A stretch of 64,000 nucleotides of DNA, taken from an uncultured Hyphomicrobiales bacterium (GTDB lineage: Bacteria; Pseudomonadota; Alphaproteobacteria; Reyranellales; JAQSWP01). The notes below the pieces were generated by a model, which had not been told where the DNA came from, made no database searches, and was given only the letters and a program-made list of their open reading frames with translations. Position numbers and translations under genes: made by a program. The stretch spans positions 47,255 through 111,254 of the forward strand of contig CAYLYK010000002.1 of the NCBI GenBank assembly GCA_964388115.1. Reading direction: 5' to 3'. Positions 39,394 through 49,403 of this stretch are shown here, in pieces (the stretch's first letter is position 1; the number at the start of each line of letters is the position of its first letter).

Positions 39394-40670
39394 TGGCCGG
39401 CGCGAACAAGACCAACGCCGAGGCACGGCCGCATGTCGTGATCGTCGGCGCCGGCTTCGGCGGGCTGACTGCGGCTTTGGCGCTGCGCAAGGCGCCGGTC
39501 GACGTCACCCTGATCGATCGGCGCAACTATCACCTGTTCCAGCCGTTGCTCTATCAAGTGGCGACCGCGGGACTGGCGCCGTCGGACGTGGCCTCGCCCA
39601 TCCGCGCCATCGTCAAGCGGTACCGCAACATCAAGGTGCTGCTCGATCGCGTTACCGGCGTGGATCTCGACGCGCGTCAGGTGCTGATGGCGCAGCGACG
39701 GCTGTCCTACGATTATCTGGTGATCGCCACCGGAGCGCGTCACAGCTATTTCGGCAACGACGCCTGGGAACCGCATGCGCCGGGCCTCAAGAAGATCGAG
39801 GACGCGACCGAGATCAGACGGCGCGTGCTGCTGGCGTTCGAGAAAGCGGAGAACGCCGAAGATGCCGCCGAACGTCAGGCGCTGTTGACCTTCGCCGTCA
39901 TCGGCGGCGGACCGACCGGCGTAGAGATGGCGGGCGCCATCGCCGAACTGGCGCGCAAGGCGCTGGCCAAGGATTTCCGCAACGTAAATCCCGCCGCCGC
40001 CCGCGTCGTGCTGCTGGAAGCTGGCCCACGCCTGCTGGCAGCTTTCCGCCCGCGCCTGTCGGAAATCGCCCGCCGCTCGCTCGAGCAGCTGGGCGTCGAG
40101 GTGCGCACCGGCAGCGCGGTGACGGTTTGCGACCATGGTGGCGTGTCGCTGGCCGGTGGCGAACGCCTCGCCGCGCGCACCATCGTCTGGGGCGCCGGCG
40201 TTGCCGCGTCAGCCGCCGCGAAATGGCTCGGCGCCGCCAAGGACAAGGTCGGCCGCGTCATCGTCGAGCCCGATCTCAGCCTCAGTGGCCATCGCGACGT
40301 GTTCGTGATTGGCGATACCGCCAGCATCGCCCAGCCTGACGGCAAGACCGTTCCCGGTCTGGCGCCGGCGGCCAAACAGGCTGGCCGCTATGTCGCCGAT
40401 ATCATCGCCAGTTCCGTCGCCGGTATCCGCCGCCGCAGTCCCTTCGTCTACGCGCACAAAGGCGATCTCGCCACCATCGGCCGTGGCGCCGCAGTAGCGG
40501 ATTTCGGCTGGATCACCTTGAGCGGCCGGCTCGCCTGGTTCACCTGGGGCATGGCGCATCTGTATTTCCTGATCGGCTTCCGCAACCGCCTTGCCGTGCT
40601 GCTCGACTGGCTGTGGGCCTATCTGCTGTTTCATCGCGGCGCGCGCCTGATCACCGGCAGAACCGACTGA
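39393..40670 (+). CDS. ndh: Type II NADH dehydrogenase (NDH-2) family flavoprotein
   Basis: GAGFGG, HLFQPLLYQVATAGL, GGGPTGVEMAG, PGLAPAAKQAG and KGDLATIGR motifs. TGATG coupling to DoxX. Confidence 0.9.
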   Translation: MAGANKTNAEARPHVVIVGAGFGGLTAALALRKAPVDVTLIDRRNYHLFQPLLYQVATAGLAPSDVASPIRAIVKRYRNIKVLLDRVTGVDLDARQVLMAQRRLSYDYLVIATGARHSYFGNDAWEPHAPGLKKIEDATEIRRRVLLAFEKAENAEDAAERQALLTFAVIGGGPTGVEMAGAIAELARKALAKDFRNVNPAAARVVLLEAGPRLLAAFRPRLSEIARRSLEQLGVEVRTGSAVTVCDHGGVSLAGGERLAARTIVWGAGVAASAAAKWLGAAKDKVGRVIVEPDLSLSGHRDVFVIGDTASIAQPDGKTVPGLAPAAKQAGRYVADIIASSVAGIRRRSPFVYAHKGDLATIGRGAAVADFGWITLSGRLAWFTWGMAHLYFLIGFRNRLAVLLDWLWAYLLFHRGARLITGRTD

Positions 40671-40700
40671 CCCTTTCCCCCGTCAGCGTCGGCTCTGCGC

Positions 40701-40736
40701 AGCCCCGGCCGCACCCCTCGGCCGGGGCTTTTCTTT
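40701..40736 (+). terminator. Rho-independent terminator
   Basis: 11-bp stem AGCCCCGGCCG / CGGCCGGGGCT, 7-nt loop, then TTTCTTT. Confidence 0.8.
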
Positions 40737-40878
40737 GTCGGCATCGCAATCGGCGCGGCGATTACCGGCCGCTATGGATTCGAGAATGAACCGGCATTTC
40801 TGCTCGACCGGGCGAGCTGGAATTATCCGCACATCACTCCTGCCATCCCGGCCGGAGTCAACGCAAGGAAGCATCCTA

Positions 40879-41367
40879 ATGTTCGACATCACTCGTCGCG
40901 GCTCGTTCCGCTCTTTGCTCGGCGCCTCCGTCGTGGCCGCCGCGCTCGCCTTCTCAGCCGGCGTCGCCAATGCCGGCGAATGCCCAGCCAACCAGGTCAG
41001 CCCGGGCGCCCTCAGCTCCGGCGCCACCGCCCCGGTCGACGTCACCGACCGTGTTCTCGGTTCGATCGATCTGGGAAGCGAGAAGACGGCGCTCAAGAAT
41101 CATCTCTTCCGCATGCGCCAGCTGGAAATCAAGCCCGGCGGCGTCGTGCCTTGGCACAGCCATGGCGAGCGGCCGGCGCTGATCTACATCGTCAAGGGTG
41201 AAATCCAGGAATACTCCAGCAACTGCAAAGTGCCGATCGTGCACAAGGCGGGCGACGTCTCGATCGAGAAGGCCGGCGTCGCGCATTGGTGGAAGAACGT
41301 CGGCACCGAGACGGTCGTTCTGATCTCGGCCGACATCCTGCGCGATCCCGCCGATCACAACATGTAA
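40879..41367 (+). CDS. Exported cupin-domain protein
   Basis: TRRGSF leader plus hydrophobic signal; PGGVVPWHSH...KGEI...AGD...HWW cupin motifs. Confidence 0.85.
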   Translation: MFDITRRGSFRSLLGASVVAAALAFSAGVANAGECPANQVSPGALSSGATAPVDVTDRVLGSIDLGSEKTALKNHLFRMRQLEIKPGGVVPWHSHGERPALIYIVKGEIQEYSSNCKVPIVHKAGDVSIEKAGVAHWWKNVGTETVVLISADILRDPADHNM

Positions 41368-41436
41368 AGCGCATGCAAGAGGCTTCGAATGGTCGAAGCC
41401 TCTTGCTCTTTCCCGTTCCATTCACGGATTCTCGCC

Positions 41437-42654
41437 ATGACCAGTTACGCAGAAGAGCCGCGCCAGACGCTGCCGCATCTGTTCCGCCTCGCCGTCGTCG
41501 CTCTCACGGCATTTCTGACGCTGGTCGATCTCTTCGCCACCCAGGCCATTCTGCCAAGCCTGAAGCAGGCCTATGGCGCCAGCAGTGCGCAGATCGGCTT
41601 CGCCGTCAACGCCTGCACCATCGGCATGGCGGTGGCCGGCATCGCCATGGCGGTGTTCAGCAGCCGCATCGACCGGCGCTTCGGCGTCTTGCTGTCGCTG
41701 GCGCTGCTGGCGGTGCCCACAGCACTGCTTGCCTTCACCACCGATCTCGCGGTGTTCACCGCGCTGCGCATCCTGCAGGGGCTGTTCATGTCGAGCGCAT
41801 TCACTCTAATGCTGGCCTATCTCGGCGAGCACAGCAGCGCCCGCGACAGCGCCGCCCTGTTTGCCGCCTACATCACCGGCAACGTCGCCAGCAATCTGTT
41901 CGGCCGCATGCTGGCCGCCGGCCTGGTCGACAGTTTCGGGCTGGCGCCCAACTTCCTGGTGTTCTCCGGCCTCAATCTGTGCGGCGCGGTGCTGGTCTAT
42001 TTCAGCCTGCAAGGCACCACGCCGATGGCATCGGAGAGCGCGCACGCGCGGCCGATGAGCGCGGCCTGGAGCAACCACCTGCGCAATCCGCGCCTGCGCC
42101 TGGGTTTCGTCATCGGCTTTCTGATCCTGTTCGCCTTTGTCGGCACGTTCACCTTCGTGAACTTCGCTCTGGCAGCGCAGCCTTTCGCGCTCGGCCAGAT
42201 GAGCCTGGGCATCGTCTATCTGGTTTTCCTGCCGTCGCTGCTGACCACGCCGCTCGCCGCCGCCTTCGCCCGCCGTTTCGGCATTCTGCGCGGCATGCAA
42301 GTCGGCCTGCTCGCTGCCGCCTTCAGCCTGCCGTTGCTGGTCGCGAGCGATCTGCCCGCCGTCCTCGCCGGCATGGCGCTGATGGCGATCGGCACCTTCA
42401 TGGCGCAGGCCATCGCCACGTCTTTCGTCGGACAGACCGCCGAAGGCGATCGCGGCTCGGCCAGCGGCCTCTATCTCGCCAGCTATTTCCTCGGCGGTCT
42501 CGTGGGCAGCGCCGTGCTGGGACAGGTTTACGATCGCTGGGGCTGGGCGGCTTGCGTGCTGGGCATCGGTCTGGCCCTGGGCGTTGCCCTGCTACTTGCC
42601 CTTCGCCTTGCCATGGCTCAACCGCGCGGCATTCAACCGGCAGGGCAGGGCTAA
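41437..42654 (+). CDS. MFS transporter (YnfM-like)
   Basis: 12 hydrophobic segments; DLFATQAILP and ASGLYLASYFLGG motifs. Start uncertain (41389 or 41437). Confidence 0.85.
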   Translation: MTSYAEEPRQTLPHLFRLAVVALTAFLTLVDLFATQAILPSLKQAYGASSAQIGFAVNACTIGMAVAGIAMAVFSSRIDRRFGVLLSLALLAVPTALLAFTTDLAVFTALRILQGLFMSSAFTLMLAYLGEHSSARDSAALFAAYITGNVASNLFGRMLAAGLVDSFGLAPNFLVFSGLNLCGAVLVYFSLQGTTPMASESAHARPMSAAWSNHLRNPRLRLGFVIGFLILFAFVGTFTFVNFALAAQPFALGQMSLGIVYLVFLPSLLTTPLAAAFARRFGILRGMQVGLLAAAFSLPLLVASDLPAVLAGMALMAIGTFMAQAIATSFVGQTAEGDRGSASGLYLASYFLGGLVGSAVLGQVYDRWGWAACVLGIGLALGVALLLALRLAMAQPRGIQPAGQG

Positions 42655-42665
42655 GCGAGTGATGT

Positions 42666-42742
42666 TGGCGGACCCGACACGATTCGAACGTGCGACCTTT
42701 GCCTTCGGAGGGCAACGCTCTATCCAGCTGAGCTACGGGTCC
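42666..42742 (-). tRNA. tRNA-Arg (anticodon CCG)
   Basis: GGACCCGTAGCTCAGCTGGATAGAGCGTTGCCCTCCGAAGGCAAAGGTCGCACGTTCGAATCGTGTCGGGTCCGCCA: 77 nt, stems pair, GTTCGAA T-loop, encoded CCA. Confidence 0.97.
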
Positions 42743-42892
42743 AATGCGCGCGGACAATAAGCTAATCGGCGCGTTTTCGCAAACCGGCCGCCCAGCCCCT
42801 CAACCCTTTGCCAGAATTCGGTTTTCCGCTTTGCCTGACAGCCGGGTTTCATTGCTATAGTCGGGCGCCAAAACCTGGAAGCGGAACCGCCA

Positions 42893-43864
42893 ATGACCTC
42901 CACAACCAAAGTCGCCGTCGTCCAGGCAGCCTCCGTCGCCTTCGATCTCGGGCGCTGCCTGAAGAAGACCGCCGATCTCGCCGCCGATGCCGCACGCAAG
43001 GGCGCGAAGATCGTGGTGTTCCCCGAAGCCTTTCTGTCGGGTTATCCCAAAGGCTCCAGTTTCGGCGCCGTAGTCGGCGCCCGAACCGATGCCGGTCGCG
43101 AGGAATATCGACTTTACTGGGAGAGCGCCGTCGACGTGCCCGGTCCCGGCGTCGAACGCCTGTCGCGCATCGCGCGCGAGAACGCGATCTATCTGGTCAT
43201 CGGCGTCATCGAGCGCGATCGCGGCACACTCTATTGCACGGTGCTGCATTTCGCGCCGGACGGCAGTTTCCTCGGCAAGCATCGCAAGCTGATGCCGACC
43301 GCGGCCGAGCGGTTGATCTGGGGCTTCGGCGACGGCTCGACCCTGCCGGTCTACGACACGCCGCATGGCGTTCTGGGGTCGGTGATCTGCTGGGAAAACT
43401 ACATGCCGCTGCTGCGCACGGCGATGTACGCCAAGGGCATCGAGATCTGGTGCGCGCCAACCGCTGATGGCCGCGACAGCTGGATTCCGTCCATGCAGCA
43501 CATCGCCTTCGAGGGGCGCTGCTTTGTGCTGTCATGCAACCAGTTCTCGCGCCGCTCCGATTTCCCGGCCGATTTCCCCTGCAGCCTGGGCGACGATCCT
43601 GCAACCATCATCTCGCGCGGCGGCTCCTGCATCGTCGATCCGTTCGGCGCGATCCTTGCCGGCCCGCACTACGAGGGCGAAACCATCCTCACGGCCGAGA
43701 TCGACCGCGGCCAGATCGCGCGCGGCAAATACGATTTCGACGTGGTCGGCCACTATGCGCGACCCGACGTGTTCCAACTCACCGTCGACGAGCGGCCGAA
43801 ATCGCCGGTCGTGACCTTGCGCAATGCCGTGGGGCCCGAGCGACTGGCAGGCGAGGAGACCTAG
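42893..43864 (+). CDS. Nitrilase (carbon-nitrogen hydrolase branch 1)
   Basis: FPEAF, HRKLMPT and ICWENYMP give the E-K-C triad; FDVVGHYARPDVF. Confidence 0.92.
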   Translation: MTSTTKVAVVQAASVAFDLGRCLKKTADLAADAARKGAKIVVFPEAFLSGYPKGSSFGAVVGARTDAGREEYRLYWESAVDVPGPGVERLSRIARENAIYLVIGVIERDRGTLYCTVLHFAPDGSFLGKHRKLMPTAAERLIWGFGDGSTLPVYDTPHGVLGSVICWENYMPLLRTAMYAKGIEIWCAPTADGRDSWIPSMQHIAFEGRCFVLSCNQFSRRSDFPADFPCSLGDDPATIISRGGSCIVDPFGAILAGPHYEGETILTAEIDRGQIARGKYDFDVVGHYARPDVFQLTVDERPKSPVVTLRNAVGPERLAGEET

Positions 43865-44445
43865 TCGGCAGCGACGCCGAGCGCCTTTCTGAAGCGCTCG
43901 CGCAAGATGACGCCATCCTTGGGCGGCAGCACCAGCGGCAATTCCTCGAATTGCACCTTGGCGACGCAGAACAGCGGGCCCTTGTCGCTGCGCAATCGCT
44001 GCAAGGCCGGCTCGACATCGTTGGACCTGGTCAGCGTCCAGCTTTGTGCAATTCCGGCCGCGCGCGCCATGGCGGCAAGATCGGTGCCTCTTGCCGTGTT
44101 GGTCTGCTGACCGCCCGTCTCGCCATAGGTTTCGTTGTCCAGCACCAGCACGCCGAGATTGTTCGGCGCCATGGCGGCGATGGTGGTCAGTGCGGTCAAG
44201 CCCATCAGCATTTCGCCATCGCCCGTCACCACCAGGATGCGCCTTGTCGGTTGCGCCAGCGCGATGCCCAGCCCCACAGACACCGCGCCGCCCATCGCGC
44301 CCCAAAGCGGAAAGTTCAGATCGCGGTCGCCGGCAGCGGTGATGTCCCAGGCAGATGAACCAAGCCCCGCGACCACGACGAGGTCGGGAGCGTCGCGCAA
44401 GAGCGCGGTAACCAAAGGTCGACGGTGTAGCATGAGATCGTTCAT
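43861..44445 (-). CDS. TPP-binding C-terminal subunit of sulfopyruvate/phosphonopyruvate decarboxylase family (ComE-like)
   Basis: WGAMGGAVSVGLGIALAQP, and TGDGEMLM...DNETYGETGGQ TPP motif. Confidence 0.85.
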   Translation of the reverse strand: MNDLMLHRRPLVTALLRDAPDLVVVAGLGSSAWDITAAGDRDLNFPLWGAMGGAVSVGLGIALAQPTRRILVVTGDGEMLMGLTALTTIAAMAPNNLGVLVLDNETYGETGGQQTNTARGTDLAAMARAAGIAQSWTLTRSNDVEPALQRLRSDKGPLFCVAKVQFEELPLVLPPKDGVILRERFRKALGVAAD

Positions 44446-44830
44446 GGCCCGTAACCTACCCTCAAACACCCATTCAAGGCGATGGTCCGCCGGACGGATG
44501 TTTGCCGAACCTGCATTTTCGCGTTGCAGCACGGAAAAAATTTTCACCGCTGGAATAAAGCCTGATCGATCGAATCCATATCGCGCCAATATAGATGCCG
44601 CCTGCATTTCTCGACGCGTCGACGTTTCCGGCCGGTAACTTCGACGCGAGCAAATCCCATGTTGCTCTGCATGATGAGGAGAAAGAATACAGCAAACTCA
44701 GGCGCGCACGTTGCGAGGCCTGCTTGCCGATGCAATAGTTTCTCAACCCCGGGCTCCAAAAAAGCCGGAAACCTAAGACGCCAGCAAGGCGCCCAACGAC
44801 CAAAATGATCCAAGGGAGGATCCTTACGCC

Positions 44831-45985
44831 ATGACCAAAGCAGAGAAGGGCAGCAAGAAGTCCGGCGCAACCAATGCCGGCCGTCGTCGTTTCCTGGGCG
44901 TTGCCGGTCTTGCCGCCGGCGCCGGCGTCGCGACGCTGGCAATGCCCAACGTGTCGCGCGCCCAGACAGTGGCGCTAAAGATGCAAGGCTCGTGGGGCGC
45001 CAAGGACGTCTTCAACGAGATGGCCCTGGATTACGTCCAGCGCGTCAACGATCTGGGCGGCGGCCGCCTGAAGATCGACTACCTGGTCGGCGGCGCGGTG
45101 GTGCATCCCTTCCAGGTGCTGGACGGCGTGCATGGCGGGCAGATCGACGCCGCCCACACCGTCACCGTCTACTGGTATGGCAAGCACAAGGCGGCATCGC
45201 TGTTCGGCACCGGTCCGGTGTTTGGCTTCAACGCCAACGAGGGCCTGGGCTGGATTCACAACGGCGGCGGCAAGGAGCTGTTCGAAGAGCTGCAGACGCA
45301 GATCATGAAGATCGACGTCAAAAGCTTCTTCGCCATGCCAATGCCGACCCAGCCGCTGGGCTGGTTCAAGAAGCCGGTCAACTCGATGGCCGACATGAAG
45401 GGCCTCAAGTACCGCACCGTCGGCCTGGCGGCCGATCTGATGCAGGCGATGGGTCTGGCGGTCGCCCAGCTTCCCGGCGGCGAAATCGTGCCGGCCATGG
45501 AACGCGGCGTGATCGACGCCTTCGAGTTCAACAACCCGACCTCGGATCGCCGCTTCGGCGCCCAGGACGTGGCCAAGAACTACATGATGGGCAGCCACCA
45601 CCAGGCCACCGAATATTTCGAGATCATGTTCAACCGTACCAAGTTCAACGGTCTCGCCAAGGAGCAGCAGGCCATTCTGCAGACTTGTGCCGAGGCAGTG
45701 TCTTCCGCCAACGAGTGGAAGGCGATGGACTACTACTCGAAGGACCTTGCCGAGTTGGTCGAGAAAGACAAGGTCAACGTCATCCGCACACCCAAGGATG
45801 TGTTCGACGCCCAGATCAAGGCGTGGGACGGACTGATCGCCGATCTCGCCAAGGATCCGTTCATGAAAAAGGTGATGGATTCGCAAAAGGCCTGGGCGCG
45901 GCGCGTGGTTTACTACGGCATGAACAACGCCACCGACTATCGCGGCGCGTTCAACCACCACTTCCCCAACGTGCTCAAGGGCTAG
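44831..45985 (+). CDS. TRAP solute-binding protein DctP (TakP/alpha-keto acid family), Tat signal
   Basis: GRRRFLG leader; YWYGK, GWFKKP, GLKYR, GGEIVPAMERGVIDAFEF motifs. Confidence 0.9.
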   Translation: MTKAEKGSKKSGATNAGRRRFLGVAGLAAGAGVATLAMPNVSRAQTVALKMQGSWGAKDVFNEMALDYVQRVNDLGGGRLKIDYLVGGAVVHPFQVLDGVHGGQIDAAHTVTVYWYGKHKAASLFGTGPVFGFNANEGLGWIHNGGGKELFEELQTQIMKIDVKSFFAMPMPTQPLGWFKKPVNSMADMKGLKYRTVGLAADLMQAMGLAVAQLPGGEIVPAMERGVIDAFEFNNPTSDRRFGAQDVAKNYMMGSHHQATEYFEIMFNRTKFNGLAKEQQAILQTCAEAVSSANEWKAMDYYSKDLAELVEKDKVNVIRTPKDVFDAQIKAWDGLIADLAKDPFMKKVMDSQKAWARRVVYYGMNNATDYRGAFNHHFPNVLKG

Positions 45986-46011
45986 GCCCGGCAGGATTGG
46001 GCAGAGAACCG

Positions 46012-46046
46012 GAAGGCGGCGTGCGATCCACGCCGCCTTCTCTTTC
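46012..46046 (+). terminator. Stem-loop after dctP
   Basis: 12-bp stem GAAGGCGGCGTG / CACGCCGCCTTC, then TCTTTC. Confidence 0.65.
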
Positions 46047-46084
46047 GCGTATTATCGTTTGGTCCTTTCGGTCGGAATCCTTCA

Positions 46085-46696
46085 ATGACCAAATTTCTCT
46101 ATTTCATCGATTCGATCAGCACCTGGGTGGGCAAAGCTTTCGCCTGGATGATCATGGTCCTGTGCCTGGCCGTTACCTATGAGGTCATGGTGCGCTACCT
46201 GTTCCGCTCTCCCACCACATGGGCCTTCGACATCAGCTACATCAGCTACGGCGCTTTGTTCCTGATGGCCGGCTCCTATGCGCTCGTGCGCAACGGCCAT
46301 GTGCGCGCCGACGTGTTCTACCGCTTCTGGCGGCCGCGCACGCAGGCGACGATGGACCTGATCCTGTACATCATCTTCTTCCTGCCCGGCGTTTCGGCGC
46401 TGATCTATTCCGGCTGGACATATGCCGCGCGCTCGGTGCGCTTCAATGAAGTCTCCATCTTCAGTCCCGCTGGCATTCCCATCTATCCGCTGAAGGTGCT
46501 GATCCCGCTGACCGGCTTCTTCCTGCTGCTGCAAGGCATGGCGGAGATCATACGCTGCGTTATCTGCATTCGCACGGGAGACTGGCCGCAACGGCTGCAT
46601 GACGTGGAGGAAACCGAAAGCATCATTCTGCGGGAACAGGAACTTCACAAGGACGCTCCGGAGATGCATGCCAGCGGGAAAGGAGCCGGCCAATGA
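46085..46696 (+). CDS. TRAP small permease DctQ
   Basis: YEVMVRYLFRSPTTWAFD, NGHVRADVFY and four TM segments. Confidence 0.9.
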   Translation: MTKFLYFIDSISTWVGKAFAWMIMVLCLAVTYEVMVRYLFRSPTTWAFDISYISYGALFLMAGSYALVRNGHVRADVFYRFWRPRTQATMDLILYIIFFLPGVSALIYSGWTYAARSVRFNEVSIFSPAGIPIYPLKVLIPLTGFFLLLQGMAEIIRCVICIRTGDWPQRLHDVEETESIILREQELHKDAPEMHASGKGAGQ

Positions 46697-48039
46697 GCGA
46701 TCCCGCAGTCGGCATGCTGATGCTGGGGTTGTTCCTCTTCGTCATCATGCTGGGTTTTCCGATCGCCTTCTCGCTGATCGCGATGGGTGTCGGTTTCGGC
46801 TTCTATGCGTATTACACGCCCGGCCAGGCCATATTCGAAAATCGCGTCTTCACCCTGCTGGTGCAGAAAGCCTTCGAGGTGTCGTCCAGCGACACGCTGG
46901 TGGCTGTGCCCCTCTTCCTCTTCATGGGCTATCTGGTCGAACGCGCCAGTATTCTCGATCGACTGTTCCATTCGCTGCAAATCTCCATGAAGAACGTCCC
47001 GGGCTCGCTGGCCGTGGCGACCTTGGCGACCTGCGCCATGTTCGCCACTGCCACCGGCATCGTCGGCGCAGTCGTCACCTTGATGGGGCTGCTGGCGTTT
47101 CCCGCCATGTTGCGTGCGGGCTACGACGTGAAGCTGTCGGCCGGCGTGGTCTGTGCCGGCGGCTGCCTGGGCATTCTCATCCCTCCCAGCGTGCTGCTGA
47201 TCGTCTATGCCGCCACGGCTGGCGTCTCGGCGGTCAAGCTCTACGCCGCAGCCTTCATCCCGGGTCTGATGCTGGCGTGCTTCTACATCGTCTACGTTAT
47301 CGTCCGCGCCATGCTCAATCCGTCTTTGGCGCCGAAGCTGCCGCCGGAACAGACCGACGTTCCGATCGGTGAAGTCATCAAGGCATTGGCGACCTCGTTC
47401 CTGCCGCTGGCGCTACTGATCGTCTCAGTGCTGGGCGCCATTCTGTTCGGCCTCGCCACGCCCTCGGAAGCGGCCGCTGCCGGCGCCTTCGCATCCATCC
47501 TGCTGGCAGCAGCTTACCGGGCACTGAACTTCCAGATGCTGAAGGAATCGGTCTACCTCACCGCGCGCGCCTCGGCGATGGTGTGTTGGCTGTTCATCGG
47601 CTCGTGGACCTTCTCGTCGGTATTCGCGCTCCTGGGCGGCCAGAAGCTGATCGAAGATTTCTTCATCGGTCTCGACCTGTCGCCGGTCGCATTCCTGCTG
47701 CTGACCCAACTCCTGATCTTCCTGCTCGGCTGGCCGCTGGAATGGACGGAGATCATCGTCATTTTCGTGCCGATCTTCCTGCCGCTGCTCGACGATTTCC
47801 ACATCGATCCGATCTTCTTCGGCATACTGGTGGCGCTGAACACACAGACCGCATTCAATACGCCGCCGGTGGCGATGGCGGCCTTTTACCTGAAAGGCGT
47901 GGCGCCGCCTTGGGTGAAGCTCTCCGACATCTTCAGCGGGTCGCTGCCCTTCGTGGGCATGGTGTTCCTGACCATGCTGCTGGTCTATGTCTTCCCCGAC
48001 CTGGCGCTTTGGCTGCCGCGATATCTCTATAGCAACTGA
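46693..48039 (+). CDS. TRAP large permease DctM
   Basis: VPLFLFMG, ATGIVGA, GCLGILIPPS and NTPPVA motifs; highly hydrophobic. Confidence 0.92.
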   Translation: MSDPAVGMLMLGLFLFVIMLGFPIAFSLIAMGVGFGFYAYYTPGQAIFENRVFTLLVQKAFEVSSSDTLVAVPLFLFMGYLVERASILDRLFHSLQISMKNVPGSLAVATLATCAMFATATGIVGAVVTLMGLLAFPAMLRAGYDVKLSAGVVCAGGCLGILIPPSVLLIVYAATAGVSAVKLYAAAFIPGLMLACFYIVYVIVRAMLNPSLAPKLPPEQTDVPIGEVIKALATSFLPLALLIVSVLGAILFGLATPSEAAAAGAFASILLAAAYRALNFQMLKESVYLTARASAMVCWLFIGSWTFSSVFALLGGQKLIEDFFIGLDLSPVAFLLLTQLLIFLLGWPLEWTEIIVIFVPIFLPLLDDFHIDPIFFGILVALNTQTAFNTPPVAMAAFYLKGVAPPWVKLSDIFSGSLPFVGMVFLTMLLVYVFPDLALWLPRYLYSN

Positions 48040-48041
48040 CC

Positions 48042-49403
48042 ATGGCGGCGCATGAGTTGTCGCTGGCGCAGGCGGCGCTGGAGGTCAGGGAAGGCAGGCT
48101 GAGCGCGGTGGAACTGGCGCAGGCCTGCCTCGAGCGGGTCGCCGCAGTCGACGCCGAGGTTCAGGCCTGGACCTTTCTCGACCCGCAGCACGTGCTTGCC
48201 CAGGCCGAACGCGCCGACGACTGGCGGCGTCACGGCAAGCCGCTGGCACCGCTGCACGGCGTACCCGTCGGCATCAAGGATATCTTCGATACATCCGACA
48301 TGCCGACCGAGTTCGGCTCGCCGATCCATGCCGGACGCACCCCGCGACGCGATGCGGCCTGCGTCGCCCGGCTGCGGGCGGCGGGTGCGGTGATCATGGG
48401 CAAGACGGTGACGACCGAATTCGCCTATTTCCACCCCGGCAAGACGCGCAATCCGCACGACCCCGAACGCACGCCCGGCGGCTCGTCCAGCGGCTCCGCC
48501 GCAGCCGTCGCCGCCGCCATGGTGCCGGGCGCGATCGGCAGCCAGACCAACGGCTCGGTCATCCGCCCCGCTTCCTTCTGCGGCGTGGTCGGCTTCAAGC
48601 CAAGCCATGGGTTGATCCCGCGCAGCGGCGCACTTTTGCTGAGCCGGGCGCTGGATCATGTCGGCGTCTTTGGCCGCACCATCGAGGATGCGGCGCTGCT
48701 GGCGCAATGCATGGCGGGCTACGACGAGGGCGATGCCGACACCCGCATGATCGCAGCCCCGCCGCTGCTCGAGATCGCCCGACAGGAGCCGCCATTGCCG
48801 CCGCGCTTCGCCCTCGTGAAGACGGCGGTGTGGGACCAGGCCGACGCCGATACAAAGACGGCGTTTGCCGCGTTGCTGGAGCGACTGGGCGAGATCGCCG
48901 AGGAAGTGGACCTTGCCGCCTCGACCGCTCCCGCGCATGAGCTGCACGCCATTCTCATGCAGGTGGAAATGGCGGAGAATCTGCGGCCCGAGTTGACGCG
49001 CGCGCGTGAGAAGCTCTCGGCGCCGCTGCTGGAGCTGCTAGATAACGGGCGCGCGCGCCTGGCGGTCGACTACCGGCGAGCTTTGGACCTGGCCGCACCG
49101 ATGGCCGAACAGGTCGAGACGGTATTCGACGAATTCGATGCCATCATCACCCCCGCCGCGATCGGCGAGGCTCCCATAGGCCTGCAGGCGACTGGCAGCC
49201 CCGTTTTCTGCACCATCTGGAGCTATCTCGGCATGCCGGCAATCACCTTGCCGCTGCTGCAGGGCAGCAACGGCCTGCCGATCGGCGTGCAGCTTGTCGG
49301 CAAACGGGGCAACGACGCGCGCCTGTTGCGCACTGCGCGCTGGCTGGTGCAACATCTCAATCCGCGCGGCCGCAAAGGCGCCGCCAAGGGGAAGAAGCGA
49401 TGA
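48042..49403 (+). CDS. Amidase signature family enzyme
   Basis: GIKDIFDT, GKTVTTEFA, PGGSSSGSAAAV and GSQTNGSVIRPASFCG motifs. Confidence 0.92.
   Translation: MAAHELSLAQAALEVREGRLSAVELAQACLERVAAVDAEVQAWTFLDPQHVLAQAERADDWRRHGKPLAPLHGVPVGIKDIFDTSDMPTEFGSPIHAGRTPRRDAACVARLRAAGAVIMGKTVTTEFAYFHPGKTRNPHDPERTPGGSSSGSAAAVAAAMVPGAIGSQTNGSVIRPASFCGVVGFKPSHGLIPRSGALLLSRALDHVGVFGRTIEDAALLAQCMAGYDEGDADTRMIAAPPLLEIARQEPPLPPRFALVKTAVWDQADADTKTAFAALLERLGEIAEEVDLAASTAPAHELHAILMQVEMAENLRPELTRAREKLSAPLLELLDNGRARLAVDYRRALDLAAPMAEQVETVFDEFDAIITPAAIGEAPIGLQATGSPVFCTIWSYLGMPAITLPLLQGSNGLPIGVQLVGKRGNDARLLRTARWLVQHLNPRGRKGAAKGKKR

Noticed and set aside
42666-42742. tRNA-Arg(CCG) as an integration site bounding an island to its left
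   Set aside because: No integrase next to the tRNA and no duplicate of its 3' end found by eye in the window. The flanking genes show no obvious composition shift.
44611-44622. 12-bp palindrome TCGACGCGTCGA in the comE-dctP spacer
   Set aside because: It is GC-rich and such palindromes are expected by chance in this genome. No supporting evidence.
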